Source of the DNA: Octopus bimaculoides
Taxonomy: Eukaryota
Direction: 5' to 3'
Assembly (NCBI RefSeq): GCF_001194135.2
Contig: NC_069001.1
Location: 3,448,991-3,512,990, forward strand
Length of the DNA stretch: 64,000 bases
The translations under genes were made by a program, and so were the position numbers. The notes under the pieces were generated by a model. That model was not told the DNA's origin, searched no databases, and worked only from the letters and a program-made list of their open reading frames with translations. This document shows, piece after piece, positions 28,320-41,598 of the stretch; the stretch's first letter is position 1, and each line of letters begins with the position of its first letter.

Positions 28320-28650
28320 TCTTTTATCTTTTACTAGTTTCACTCACTGACTGTGGCTATGCTGGGGCACTGCCTCAAAGAATTTTTTGTCAAATGAATC
28401 AACCCAAGTATTTATCTTTTTTTTTTTTAAACCTGGTACTTATTCAATCGGTTGCTTTTGCGAACTACCAAATTACAGGGACAGTAACACACCCAAAATT
28501 GGTTGTCAAGTGGAGGTGGGAGATAAACATAGACACAAAGACAAACAAACACACACACACACACACACACAACAAACTTCTCACAGCTTCCATCTATCAA
28601 ATCTACTCATACGGTTTTGGTCAGCCTAAGGCTATAATAGAAAACATGTG
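28320..28650 (-). mobile_element. Family A SINE, minus strand
   Basis: Reverse complement of the 9437-9978 element (tactagtttcactcactgactgtggctatgctggggcac ... cagcttccatctatcaaatctactcatacggttttggtcagcctaaggctataatag). Confidence 0.75.
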
Positions 28651-28967
28651 CCTAATATACACACACACACACACACACATACACAGAATTGGTTCATAAA
28701 CAAAATCTTCTCATTAGTCAACAGTACTAATCTCTACATACTTCTAACACAAATACGTGTTGCGCATTTTGCATTTTTGCACAAAAACCACAAACTGTGT
28801 GTGTGTGTGTGTAGCGAAATGTTTATCAAAAAGGTTGATGGACTGCTTGGCTCCAAACAGTGTCTATGCTTACTACAAAAGTCATAAAAGGAAAACATGC
28901 ATGTTTTGTCATAAATGTGAAAAACAAGAAAAAACATGAGTGTGTGTGTATCTATCTATCTATCGAT

Positions 28968-29000
<33 letters not shown>

Positions 29001-30639
29001 ATTATATATATATATGCATATATACACACACACTCATACAAAACAAAACAATGAAGTATTTGAATTTAGAAAATTGCTTTTTTTTTCACTTTTTCACCAC
29101 ATCAAAATGAAAATTGATTCTCATCCTAAGAATTAATAGAGTAAATAATGTTTGATTGTAAGGCAATGAGGGGGAACAGATTTCCGGAGCAATCATTGGC
29201 ATAATAGATAAGAATTGTTCTTGTTCCATGGTCAAACATTTCTCCTCCATACAAATATTCAAGCTATCTAATCAGAGAACTTTTATATAGTCATCCAACC
29301 TATGTCAAAACATCAGATAAAAACCTTCCTCAAATCACATCCTACTCTCTTAAGATAAAATTAAAACACATTGGGTAATGTACTGCCAAATATATGTTAT
29401 CTGAAAAAATAAAAGGATGGTATGCACATGATTAGAACACTTTTAGTCCTAGATGCTTTATGACTGAATGCCCTGCCAAACACCAACCACCTTACAAAGT
29501 GGACTGAGTGCTTTTTACATGGCACCATAACTTGTACTTTATTTTATNNNNNNNNNNNNNNNNNNNNNNNNNNNNNNNNNNNNNNNNNNNNNNNNNNNNN
29601 NNNNAAGTTGGTTTCAGCAAGAATTGAACCCAGAATGTAGAGAGTCATAACAAATGCTGTAAGGCATTTTGTTTGATGCTCTAGCAATTCTGCCAATCTG
29701 CTGCCCTCATGGGACTAAATAATAACAACGAAGAACACATTGTATAATGAAGTGCTACATACACTAGATCTTTAGATAAAGGATAAGACATTCAGAGCTG
29801 AAACACCTTTGAATATAGGTATCTTGGATCAGGGCTGAACTGAGACTCTACAACAAAACACAAGCACACATACATACAAGTGCACATACACACATATACA
29901 CATACACACACCATTTTGTCTATACAGTGTGAGTAGCATTGACATCCATAATCAAAGCTGGCCATTTTTAGCACCGAGTTATTGATCTACATGGCAAAAT
30001 ATTGATTGACATCACAAAAATAGCTGACGTCTCTAATAAGAAATGCATGATGTTTCCAATGAATGTGAAGATACTTGAAGACAACAATGAATTTCCTCTG
30101 TGTTTTGCCTATGAACCACGTCTTCCATGTGTCTGTATAGAGGGGAGGTTGTGTGTGTGTGTGTGTGGGGGGGTGACATGCATGTACGTGCACATGTGTG
30201 TGTGTGTGTGTGTGTGTGCTTTGGTGATGTAGAAGAACAAGGTTTTTACCTTCAGCTAACAAAGGTTTACTGGGATGATGATGATGATGACGACAGTACT
30301 AATAATGATTATGGCAATGGTAATGATAATGATGTTAGTGGTGGTGGTGGTGGTAATGACTGTTAAGGATAACTGTTGTGATGATGATGATATCTTTAGT
30401 GGCAATGGTTGCAGTCATGATGGTAATGGGATGACGGATCTAGTATTGATGATGATGAAGATGATGATGATGATGATGATGATGATTCTTAATGAGTACA
30501 CAATGTTAATCTTTCATGAGGAAACAAAAAAAAAGAACAGCATGTAATTCTATTACACATTAAGAGTGAGGATGAGAGGGAGAAGAAATGAGATAGTAGA
30601 GAGAGTAAGGGAGAAAAACAAAATTTTTTAAAGTATGTC

Positions 30640-30677
<38 letters not shown>

Positions 30678-30731
30678 GAAAAAGAGTGTGTGTAAATATA
30701 TATATATATATATGAAGAATCAGGCAGACAT

Positions 30732-30769
<38 letters not shown>

Positions 30770-31803
30770 TCATATAGATATATAAATAGAGGGTAAGAGA
30801 GAGAGAGAGAAGTTAAAGAATGAGAGAGATGCAAGAGTTATTAGAACTCCTCAGATGAATGAGTGATGGCTCAGTATTAAAACAGTTTGTTTCCACTAAT
30901 AGGTTTCAGTTTATAGAAATAACTGAGAACAATTCTATTACAACTTCCGGTGACATTCAGATTGTACAGATCTCCCCCCACTCCTCATCATAACCAGGAC
31001 ATTAAAAAAAGAAAATGATGAGGGAAGCTTTAATCAATGCTGGTTTTATGTTTATGATCACTGAAGACTTATCAAAAGATATGAGAAAATGAAAACTAAA
31101 ATCTGAGGAAATTAGTGACAGTCTGGTGGGGATCTGGCAAAAGAAAAAAATAAAGAAATAAAAAAAGTTATAAAAAAAAAACTAAAATTTTACAAATTTT
31201 ATAAAGACGTAAACTTAAAACAGTTTCTCGACCCAGATTCTTGACAACAACCACAAATAGTGGTGATCAAATTTCAAAGATTAGCTTAAACATGGAGAAT
31301 AAGAAACAAGAAGCCACATCTTTACAGAAAAATCATTTAAAGAAAAAAATTTTGTTTGCTTGTTATTGCCCCCACCCCCACCCCCACCNNNNNNNNNNNN
31401 NNNNNNNNNNNNNNNNNNNNNNNNNNNNNNNNNNNNNNNNNNNNNNNNNNNNNNNNNNNNNNNNNNNNNNNNNNNNNNNNNNNNNNNNNNNNNNNNNNNN
31501 NNNNNNNNNNNNNNNNNNNNCAATAGTCACAACCGAAATTAAAATAAAAATTCTATATTTTTCCAACAGTGTTAAATGAGGTCCTGAAGATGTATTGATG
31601 TCATGCAGACTAGTTCAATGGATTAAATTGTAGATAAAAGATCAACCTGAAGAGAACACCATATTATAGATTGAGAGTGACCAAATAGATGTGAGTTAGC
31701 CAGAAGCAACTTTTGACAATTAGTGTACAGATTACAGAATTACTTCATTGGTGAAACTTCTTTTTCTATCACTGCAAACATATGAACAAATAGAATATAT
31801 ATT

Positions 31804-31834
<31 letters not shown>

Positions 31835-32483
31835 GGTGGAGATGCAGCTAAGTGAAGAATTTTACTTCACAATCACACAGTTCAGGGTTCAGTTCTATTG
31901 TGTGACACCTTGAGTTGGCCAATATCTTGAATTTGGCATACATAAACTGTTCATTGCATAAGAAAGGTAAAGAGGATTCTTTAATGTTGCCAAAGACAGC
32001 ATTTCTAGAGCCAGTGGCATGATGAAACATACCCAATCTATGCTGTGAAATAGTTGGTGATACAAAAATCTATGCCACAAAAAAACACAACATATCAAAT
32101 AGAGTTAGCTAGCTTTCTGTTGCTGTGTCACTGATGAGAAAGAACAGCATCAGTGTGGAAATATTGTGGGATCCATCATAGATAAGTAGAGAAAAATGAT
32201 GATCGTGATCACAATGATATGTACATGGGTGTGAGTGTGCCTGTATTTATGTTTATTGATATAAGTAGATGTGTCAAGTTGCATTCCTTTATGTTAAATG
32301 GTCAGCTAATCATCCAATAAATGAAGAATACTAAAAAGTCATAAACCTGAACATTTAATGCCCTCAGTTATTGCTTCCACTCAATAGGTCTATGACACTC
32401 TTCAATATTAAAACTTCAATTATAAGAGGAAAATTATGCCCCATTACATATTACACCAATAATAATAATGATAATAATAATAA

Positions 32484-33135
32484 CTTCTAACTAAGGCACA
32501 AGGCCAGCAATTTGTGGAGGGAGATGGGTAGCTAATTAAATCAACCATCCCTATACTTAACTTATACTTAATGAACCTTGGAGAGATGAAAGGCAAAGTT
32601 GACTTTGGTGGAATTTGAACTCAGAAATATAAAGGGCTCTAGCTAAATACCACAAGGCATTTCATTCAATGCTCTAACTATTCTGCCAATGCAAATGATA
32701 AATAACAATGATTCCTAATTTAGGCACAAGGCTAGCAATTTCGAGAGGAGGGAAATAGTCAGTAACTATTAACCCCACTACTTGACTGGTACTTTATTTT
32801 ATTGATTCCAAAAAGATGAGAGGCAAAGTTAACCTTGGCAGGATTTGAAGTCAGAAAGTAAAAAGCCAGAGCAAATAACAACATTTTATCTGATATGCTA
32901 TTGATTCTGCTAACTGAAATAATAATAATAATAATACTTTCTGGTAACTTTTGGTAAAGAGGGGTTTGGTCAATTACATCGACCCCAGTGCTCAACTAGT
33001 ACTTATTTTATCAACCTTGAAAGGATGAAAGGTGAAGTCAATCAATGCAGAATTTGAACTCAAAACATAAAGGCGGAAAAAATGTCACTAAGTATTTTGT
33101 CCAATGCAATAACAATTCTGCCAGGTCACCACCTT
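32484..33135 (+). mobile_element. Head-to-tail trimer of a ~200-bp interspersed repeat (family B) separated by AAT-rich spacers
   Basis: Three copies of ggcacaaggccagcaattt..accccagtactcaactggtacttattttat..aaggatgaaaggcaaagt..ggaatttgaactcaga..aaggcattt..ctaacaattctgcc. Confidence 0.8.
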
Positions 33136-33157
33136 CATAACAATAATAATTATAGTA

Positions 33158-33211
<54 letters not shown>

Positions 33212-33933
33212 TTTTTTTAAATAGGTATATTTATTGCTTGAATTTATCAATCAGCTTTGAGAAGAGAGGGAACCTCAATGTTGGAATAAAATGCAAGAGA
33301 GTCATGGTTGAAAATACTTCTGATCATAAATTTGCTGGATCAAAGCTGATCAAGGACTGAACAACAATATCTAGTATGGTGATTCTATTGTCCAGTGAAA
33401 GAAGCTCAAAATATTTACATTTTCTTAACTGATATATAGACAGGTGTTGTGGATGGAGAGAGGGGAAGAAGTGATCAAGTAGGAACATATCAATTAGACA
33501 GGAATGTAGTAGAGAATTAAGTGATACTTCATCGTACTAATTCACATGTACACATAACACGTTAACACACTGAAATAAGAACGGTGAGAATCAATATTCA
33601 TTGGCAGCAGATCCAAACAGCAACAGCAGCAACAACATTAACAACAACAGCAACAGCAGCAGTAGCAGCAACAAAAAGAAAAAAAACCAAAAAAATATAT
33701 CAAAAATATTGTGAAACAAAAGACGAGAGAGAAACTGGTGGGGAGGGAAAAGAGAGAAAAATACTGTGACAAACAACTAAGGTTGTGCATTAAATATAGG
33801 TCAGAAAAAGATGCAGAGGTTGGGGAAATACAAGGAATGTTCGGCAATGCCAAGACCAAGAGAAAGATTTATTAGAGTAAAAAAGAGTAAAAAGAGAGAA
33901 AATTAAAAGGTCCATTTAGCTTGTTACACTTAC

Positions 33934-34032
33934 CTGTCCTCTTTGTTTGCCTTTGAGTAATATGCTCGCATACGGATTGCTGAGTAGAACGAAAATGATT
34001 CATTTAGGTAGTTTGTTTCACTAGTTCGTAAA
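33934..34032 (-). CDS. SCAI: SCAI internal coding exon (99 nt, phase 2 to phase 2): (Y)LRTSETNYLNESFSFYSAIRMRAYYSKANKED(R)
   Basis: Minus strand reads tttattgttctttttcag|TTTACGAACT...GAGGACAG|gtaagt. The peptide matches SCAI YLRTSETSYLNEAFSFYSAIRQRSYYSQVNKEDR. It joins the 62087-62173 exon in frame (TA|T = Tyr) and is contained in ORF 33930..34115. Confidence 0.95.
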
Positions 34033-34234
34033 CTGAAAAAGAACAATAAATAAATTAAACAAAATTGAAATTTAGATTTTAGGAGAAAAAAAAACCCAAA
34101 GAAAATAACAAGCAAATAAGGTTTCAGTCAATGTAAATCATCACATCCACTGCACAGGTATTTCATTGCACACATAATAACAAATAATGTTTGACTCAGC
34201 ATTATTAACCGAGTAAATAAAAGTAAATGTTCTC

Positions 34235-34575
34235 AACATATGTGGTGAGTGCATGGTTGGATGATCAGTGTTTTCTACATATGTGGTCAATGTCTGGCTG
34301 AATGGTCACTGTTTTCTATATATGTAGTCAGTGCCAGGCTAAATGGTCAACTTTTTCGACATATGTGGTCTTTGATTAGTTAGTTGAATAGTCAATGTTC
34401 TTTACCTGTGTGGTCAGTGCCTGCATGAATGGTAATTCAGTTTTGCACAAGTGGTCACTGCATGGCTGACTGGTCAATACATGGTTGAATGGTCAATGTT
34501 TTCTATATATGTAGTCAATACATGACTGAATGGTTAATGTTCTTCCCATAGATGATCAATGAATAGTCAGTACTG
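34235..34575. repeat. Minisatellite, ~8 copies of a ~41-bp unit, ~200 bp upstream of the SCAI exon acceptor
   Basis: Unit is approximately acatatgtggtcaatgcatggttgaatggtcaatgttttct. Confidence 0.8.
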
Positions 34576-35029
34576 AGTTGAGTGGTCAAGGAGTGCAGGC
34601 ATGACTGTAGCAAAGATGTTTTGTCTGCAAGAATGCAGTTTCAGGTTTGATCTGATTGCATAGCACCTTAATTAAGCGGCTTCTACAAAAGTCTTGGATT
34701 GTCTCTTGGATTACCACGTGAGTGGAATTTGGTTAATGGAAATTGTTCCTGTTCATCAGAGGACCTGTTCCTGTCTTTGATGGTAGAATTAAAAAGTTGC
34801 CTAGTTTAACACCACACCTGGTCATTGGGTGCCTTTAGCAGAGCCAACACTGTAGCAAGCATTTGAACCAGATTATAGGTTGAGGGTAATTTCCTACCAT
34901 TAATGCTTTCAACACAGTGGATTCCAGTAAAGGCACCAAAGAATCATGTAGTGATGTTAAACCAGGTGATGGAACTTCCAAATTAAACTTAAAAGACTTT
35001 GGTTGATTTAAGGCTTGGCACTCTGTCAA

Positions 35030-35336
35030 TTATGATGTTGAGGGTTCCAGTTGATCTCAAAGAAACAACCAACACATGAAATTAATGTGTAAGTAGTTGA
35101 GTACTCCACTGACACACATACCCTTAACATAGTTCTCATGGAGATTCAATGTGACACAGAATGTGACAAGGCTCGCCATTTGAATTAAAGGTACAACTGA
35201 TTTTTGCCAGCTGAGTGGACGGGAGCAACATAATATAAAATACCTTGCTCAAGGACACAATGTACTGCCAGAAATCAAACTCATGATCTTGCAACCATGA
35301 GCTGAATACCCTAACCACTAAGCCACACGCCTTCAC
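35030..35336 (-). mobile_element. tRNA-derived SINE (family D), minus strand
   Basis: Minus strand begins gtgaaggcgtgtggcttagtggttagggtattcagctcatggttgcaagatcatgagtttgatttctggcag, with A-box/B-box-like motifs. A copy with a similar head lies at ~45935-46140 on the plus strand. Confidence 0.7.
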
Positions 35337-35559
35337 TTGATTTAAGGCCATGCAGAAGGATCAAACCTGAATTCATATAGATGCTAAAAGAACTTCTTCA
35401 CCATGCAGTCATCTCAGCACCAAATGATTCAGTCAACCTAAACTATAGTATATAATCAGATATTTTACACTATTTTACAATGATGCCTTAGAACTGTCAT
35501 AAGCATCCTTTTTCAAAAAGCAGACTGCATGAGATATGGTTCATCATCAGGCAAGCTGC

Positions 35560-35940
35560 ACTACTAAAAAAAAATTGAAGGCAATTTTTCATTAGGCATG
35601 CCACAAGCTGCAGTTTGTCCATGGCTGCCTTAGAAGATACATTTACAACTGGAACTGAATCTAATGATTTGGTGAAACAACAGATATTTCTCACTGACAA
35701 AGAAAAAGGAGAACCTGTTTTTAACAATTCAAGCACCAACTGCAATTTGAACCCTCAAGGTGATGATGAAAGCATGGAGGAAATTAAAGAATTTGTCTGT
35801 CAGATTTGTGATCAAAGGAACACCAAGAGCCCATCTTCAGCAATGTACTTATAATGCCTGGGTCAGAGCGCTCTTCATACACAAAGCTAAAATAGATCCA
35901 TGGAAAGAAGCTAGGCTGGTTCCATCAGAAAGTAAAGCAG
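35560..35940 (+). mobile_element. Possible relic of an unclassified DNA-transposon ORF
   Basis: Two overlapping frames give ..FTTGTES..IFLTDKEKGEPVF..DDESMEEIKEFVCQICD and RAHLQQCTYNAWVRALFIHKAKIDPW. These resemble the TGCD..GKGK / E.FVC.LY / QH..RA.YQA..W motifs of widespread transposon-like hypothetical proteins. Confidence 0.35.
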
Positions 35941-36032
35941 GTCTCAAATATGTACAGATTTATTGTTACCATTATTATTATTATTATTATCATTAGCAGC
36001 AGCAGCAGCAGCAGCAGCAGTAGCAGTAGTAA

Positions 36033-36099
<67 letters not shown>

Positions 36100-36735
36100 T
36101 CTTTTTCTTTTTAAATCAATATGTTGTTTGAAGAAAATTTCAAAATGGAAACTGCTCATTGTTTTGTTCTTTAAGTGATATTTTATTCAAAGGTAAAATT
36201 TACAAGGCCATTTCCATCCAATATTGAAATTTTATAGTCAGATCTTTTGAAAACAGTCAAGTATAGAAAATAATTCTAGAGTTCTTCTTTTAACTCTTAA
36301 AAAGACTATTGCTGTATATTATGCAAAAATCATACAATATGTAATTTTAAAAAAAAAATGTGATAGTGGTTTATGTGTATATCTTTGATGCCTCAAAGCC
36401 ACTTATCTTTGCTTTAACTCATTTCTTCACATATTTACAGATTTAATACAACAAATTATAATTTTTTTTCCATTTTTAAATCTATAATGTGGCTTAATAG
36501 CAGGTTTTGGACCAAAGACAAGAAACTTTGATCTGTTGATATATAAGGATGATTTTATGGCACTTCAATTCATTGATTACTATGACACGGCTTCATTAAA
36601 GTTTACTTTTATAAAAAGAACTAAAGGTTTATTGTTTATCAACTCACAAGCTATCCAGCAAAATGCTACTCCATATTTTCAACTTTATTAAACCAAATAC
36701 CCACATCTGATATTATTAATTACCATAAGATAGAT

Positions 36736-37484
36736 TATAAGAACGTAATGAAAAATAAAATCACATTGCTTCAGGTAATTGATGTCAAATCATTTAGGTT
36801 AAACTTTGCCAAAACAAGCAAATCTTAACTGCTGTAATTACAGTAAATGGCTTTTAAAGCTTTGTTGCAGCTACCATGATTGGTGGGGTTAGCTTTGATT
36901 CTAATGACATTACTTTTAAGACTGTTGTTGCTTCTTGCAAGGTTGCCATGAGACTGAAGTTTATTCTGACTTAACCTCCTTTCATGGCAAACCTCCTTAT
37001 CAGAGTTAACCCTAGTCTCATCTAATCCTATGAGAGTTAACTGCAATTTCATGGTAACCCCACTACAATTAATTAATCTCATGGCAACTCCCAGCAGAGT
37101 TAACCTCAATTTCATGGTTAACCCAGCAGAGTTAACCTCAGTTTCATGGTTAACCCAGCAAAGTTAACCACAACCTCCTGTTAACTCCACCAGAGTTAAT
37201 CACAATTTCATGGTAATCTCAACTTACCCTAAGTCTCATGGCAACCTCAACAGAGTTAGCTGTAATCTTATGGTAGCCTCACTAGAAACAACTTCAATTT
37301 TAAAGATGAAGACACCAGAATCAAAGCTAACCTCATCAATGACGGTAGCAACAACAGAGTTTTAAAAGCCATTTACTGCGATTACAGCAGTTACAATTTG
37401 CTTGTTTTGGCAAAGTTTAACCCAAATGATTAGACATCAATTACCTGAAGCAATGTGATTTTTATCTTTCAGTATGTTCTTATA
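36736..37484. mobile_element. Foldback/MITE-like element: ~168-bp inverted arms (36736-36902; 37317-37484) around a ~30-bp tandem array
   Basis: By manual alignment the arms differ at ~18 of ~168 positions. The internal unit is approximately agagttaacctcaatttcatggttaacccagc. Confidence 0.8.
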
Positions 37485-37870
37485 GTTATTAATACTGTTT
37501 TTGAAAATAGCTTTTGGCCCAGGTGTGAACAAACCAATTATAGATACTTAATCCTTCACAAGCCCACTTTTCTTTCTTTCATTTCAGACTCTTTCTTTTG
37601 GCTACAATCCCAGATGAAAAGGGGCCATAAATGTAATTTGAACAGTAAATTTGAGTTAAATGGAGTTTACTGATACATGCTATACAATTTATGGTTTTAA
37701 ATGTATCAAATTTATGTCACTCTGTTGCTATCATTCCAACTGGATGACAATGATAATGGTTAAAACTGATGATTTTATTCTAGGGTTTATTGCAAAATAT
37801 ACCAGAATTTCTTTACATTTTTATATTTGATTAGATAAAAACCATAATATATCTATATGTGTATGTGAGC

Positions 37871-37951
<81 letters not shown>

Positions 37952-38359
37952 TATATATATATAGATATATATATATATATTGCAAAACTTTAATTCACAG
38001 AAAGACACCACCACCAACATTAGCTACTTATATCAAGAGAGGAATACCTGCTAAATTTCCCTCATATAATACTCTGCTGTCTTAGTGAAATGAAGGACAA
38101 AGATATTGTAGTCCAAGATACTTTTATAAAAAAACAGGATAGTCACGGCTGGAATGTCTTGACCATGGGTCTTCTCAATTAGGGCTGACGCAAGGTTAAA
38201 CAACAAATTATATTTATGATAAAAACAACTGAGTCGGATTCTAAACTGCTCGTTTTAGATATCTAAGTTACTATTATGAATTAAGTTGGATAGCTGGATA
38301 TTCTACAATATTTACTCTTCCAGCAACATGTGTTTGTTTGAGTGTGTGTGCACATGGGA

Positions 38360-38530
38360 ACATGATAGATTACATCGACCCAAATATTCAACTGGTACTT
38401 ATTTTATTGACCATCGAAAGGATGAAAGGCAAAGTCAACCTCAGCGGAATTTGAACTCAGAATATACCACCAGGTGAAATACTACTATGCATTTCATCCA
38501 GCATTCTAACAATTCTGCCAACTTGCTGCC

Positions 38531-38574
<44 letters not shown>

Positions 38575-38768
38575 GGTTTCAAATTTTGGTACAAGATCAA
38601 CAACTCCAGGGGAGGGGATAAGTCAATTACATTGACCCCAGTACTTGATTGGTACTTATTTTACCAAACCCAAAAGGATGAAAGGCAAAGTCAACCTTGG
38701 TAGAATTTGAACTCACAATGTAAAGATGGATAAAATACTGGTAAGTGGTTTATCCAGTATGCCACGTT
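38360..38768 (+). mobile_element. Tandem dimer of family B repeat separated by (AAT)n
   Basis: Two copies of tacatcgacccc..aactggtacttattttattgacc..aaggatgaaaggcaaagtcaacct..aatttgaactcag. Other copies lie near 7480, 26270, 39730 (minus), 46870 (minus) and 55000. Confidence 0.8.
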
Positions 38769-39829
38769 AATAATAATAATAATAATCTGATAATAATATA
38801 ACAACCCACACAAATTATACTCAATGCAATCACCACCTGACACTAAAACATATTACACAACCCACACATCACATATTTTATTCAATCACCATCTGACACC
38901 AAAACACAACTCACATTGCACATATTCTACGCAACAAACAGACAAAACACTGAAATAACACCATGAACAATTCTACAACCCCTAAAGACAATGCTGCACA
39001 CACCTCAGAAACAAGGAAGTGCACCTGATGATTCAGAAGAAACTCACATGAAAATGTTGAAAACACAATAATAATAACTGCCACAATAACAAAGGAAGAA
39101 GAGAAAAAGGAGGAAGAGAGGGAGGCGGGGGAGGAGGAAAAGAAAACCTAGTTAATCCCACATGAAAGAAGATAGTGATTGACAAATTAAAATAATAAGA
39201 ATAATAATTAGGTTCTTTAAACCATTATGCTGTGGAATGAGGAAGGGGAGAAGTGTATGATAGCAAGGAGAAAAAAGTACAAAAAAAAAGAAAGGACAAG
39301 AAAAAGAAAAAGATACAGAAAAAATACTGAAGGAACCAATATGAAAAAGACACACTGACATATACAAACACATACACACACAAGTGTAGATATACACACA
39401 ATTCAACATATAGCTAATTCTTTTTCTTACAAACACAAACACAGTTATACTCATACACATACACACACCTAACCACACAATTATACATTCTATTCATTTA
39501 TTTATTTATTTGTTTAGTACTACAATTGGTGAACAACAGTACCATTGATTACAGGTTTCAAATGGGTGAATCACTGATTCACAGCATTTATGATGGTGAC
39601 AGCGGCAAGAGAGTGCCTATAACTTGGTGCAAAGCTATGTTAGAATTCACTTCCCATGAAGTGTTTGAAAAATCACTAGATTCTGTAGCAATATTTGCAT
39701 CCTTTAAAACATTGAGTTGGCAGAATTGCTAGCACACCAGACAAAATGCTTAGTGGAATTTCATGTCTTTATGTTCTGAGTTCAAATTTTGCTGAGGTTG
39801 ACTTTGCCTTTCATCCTTTTGAGGTTGAC

Positions 39830-40020
39830 AGCACTATAGTTATGTTTTGGAACTGGGTACTATAGTACTACACTACTATGTTCTGACACTGGTCAATACA
39901 GTACTATACTATGTTTTGAAACTAGACACCACAGTTCTATACAATATACTGGTAGAAGTCAAGTCACTTCAGCACTACATCATATTCTGGAACAATACAG
40001 CACCATACTAACTTTTGATA
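39830..40020. repeat. Degenerate minisatellite, ~35-40-bp unit
   Basis: Recurring cagtactatactatgttttgaaact motif. Confidence 0.55.
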
Positions 40021-40118
40021 GTGCTATACACAGGGGCCATGTGGAAGTAATGTTGACACACATGGGAGTGCATGTGAAGGTACATTTCACATTAGCTAAA
40101 AATAGGTATCATATAGAG

Positions 40119-40378
40119 CAGTGTTTCTTAACCAGGTCCATATGGCCCTTAGGGGTTCATATAAAATCTTGTTATTAAAATTTAAAATTTACATACAATA
40201 AATTGCTTATAGTTTGTAATACACAAAATATAAACATTTTTTTATACAATTACTAGTAATATTCAATTACGAAAATACAGTAGGATTTTTTTTTAAACAT
40301 CAAATGGCTATGGCAATCCAGTAGAGTAAAATAGGAATAAAAGAGAGCCATAGGCTAAAAATGGTTGAGAACCAGCTG
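40119..40378. mobile_element. hAT (Charlie-like) non-autonomous MITE
   Basis: Termini cagtgtttcttaacc and ggttgagaaccagctg resemble the hAT TIR CAGTGGTTCTCAACC. A related partial end lies at ~50960-51025 (ggttgaaaaccacta). The 8-bp TSD is not clear. Confidence 0.55.
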
Positions 40379-40694
40379 AAAATAGAAACCATGATGTAGT
40401 ATAGTTCATATTGTTTGAAAATATCTATCATGTGGTGACAGAGATAGAGTTTGATATAGTGACCTTCTAGAGACACAACTCACAGCTTTTAATAAGTATC
40501 ATTAACAGTATAGACTGCATAACTGGAAAGGAACCAAAGACAATTCATTTGAAGTCCATTGCTATAAGCAGTAAGAGCACTATGCAATCAATTAATGTTC
40601 TATCGTCTTAGGTTACAGTGCAAATGGTTAAATCTTGCAAAACATATATCTGAACTCAGAAACAATCAAACATCTGACTGACTGGCCCAATATC

Positions 40695-41150
40695 ATGCTT
40701 GAGTGTGAGTGCAAATACATACTAATTTAGTGAGTGAGTAATACATGAGGGGGAGGGAAAATATTGGTTGATTAAGTGAGTAATACCTGAGTGTAAGGGC
40801 AAATAAACATTGATTAACACTTGAGGGTGAAAGCAAATATATACTGAATGAGATGTTGGGAAGGGCAAATAAATATGGATTGGTTGAGTGACACATGATT
40901 ATGAGGGGAAAAAAAGATTGAGTGACACTTGAAGGTGAGAATAAATAATTAAATTGATTGAGAGATTCTTGAGTTTGAGAGATTCTTGAGTATGAGAGCA
41001 AATAGATATTGACTGAATGTGTGAGTGATACATGAGCATGAAGGCTAATAAATAGAAATTAAATGAGTGATATTTTAGTGAGTAGAAATAATGCTGAGTG
41101 ACACTTTAGTGTGAGGGTAAATGAATATTGATTCATTGATTGATTGGTTG
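40695..41150. repeat. Degenerate minisatellite, ~40-bp unit
   Basis: Recurring gagtgacacttgagtgtgagggcaaataaatattgattg-like unit. Confidence 0.7.
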
Positions 41151-41545
41151 TACTCAAATGGACAAATATCACAAAAACAGATACCCAATAGAAAGATGAA
41201 AGGTGGAAATGGGGTCGGGTGAGGTGAGCGTTTCTATAAAGTAATAAGAGACACAGTTAATAGAGTACAGCTTCTCTATCAATTAAGAGTAAAAAATATA
41301 TATATCCATCATCAAGAATTCACTCTTTTTTTTTTTTAGAAGAGGGGGGAGTAGTTTGTCTTTTTTTTTTTTTAATTTACATTTATTATATTCCTTTTAA
41401 AAGTGATTTCACTTCTTTTTTTTTTCTGTATTTTTCTAATTTTAAAAGCAAAAAAAAAGTTAATAACTAATGTAAATTGTATTGCATGTTGTTGGTTATT
41501 ACTTAAATTTTTTTTAATGAAGGTAATCTAGTTCAGATAATACAT

Positions 41546-41598
<53 letters not shown>

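Noticed and set aside
29987-30130. RKFIVVFKYL resembling SCAI ARFIVVCLLL
   Set aside because: Only FIVV matches. The KKLRYY motif is absent and the frame ends in a stop with no suitable donor.
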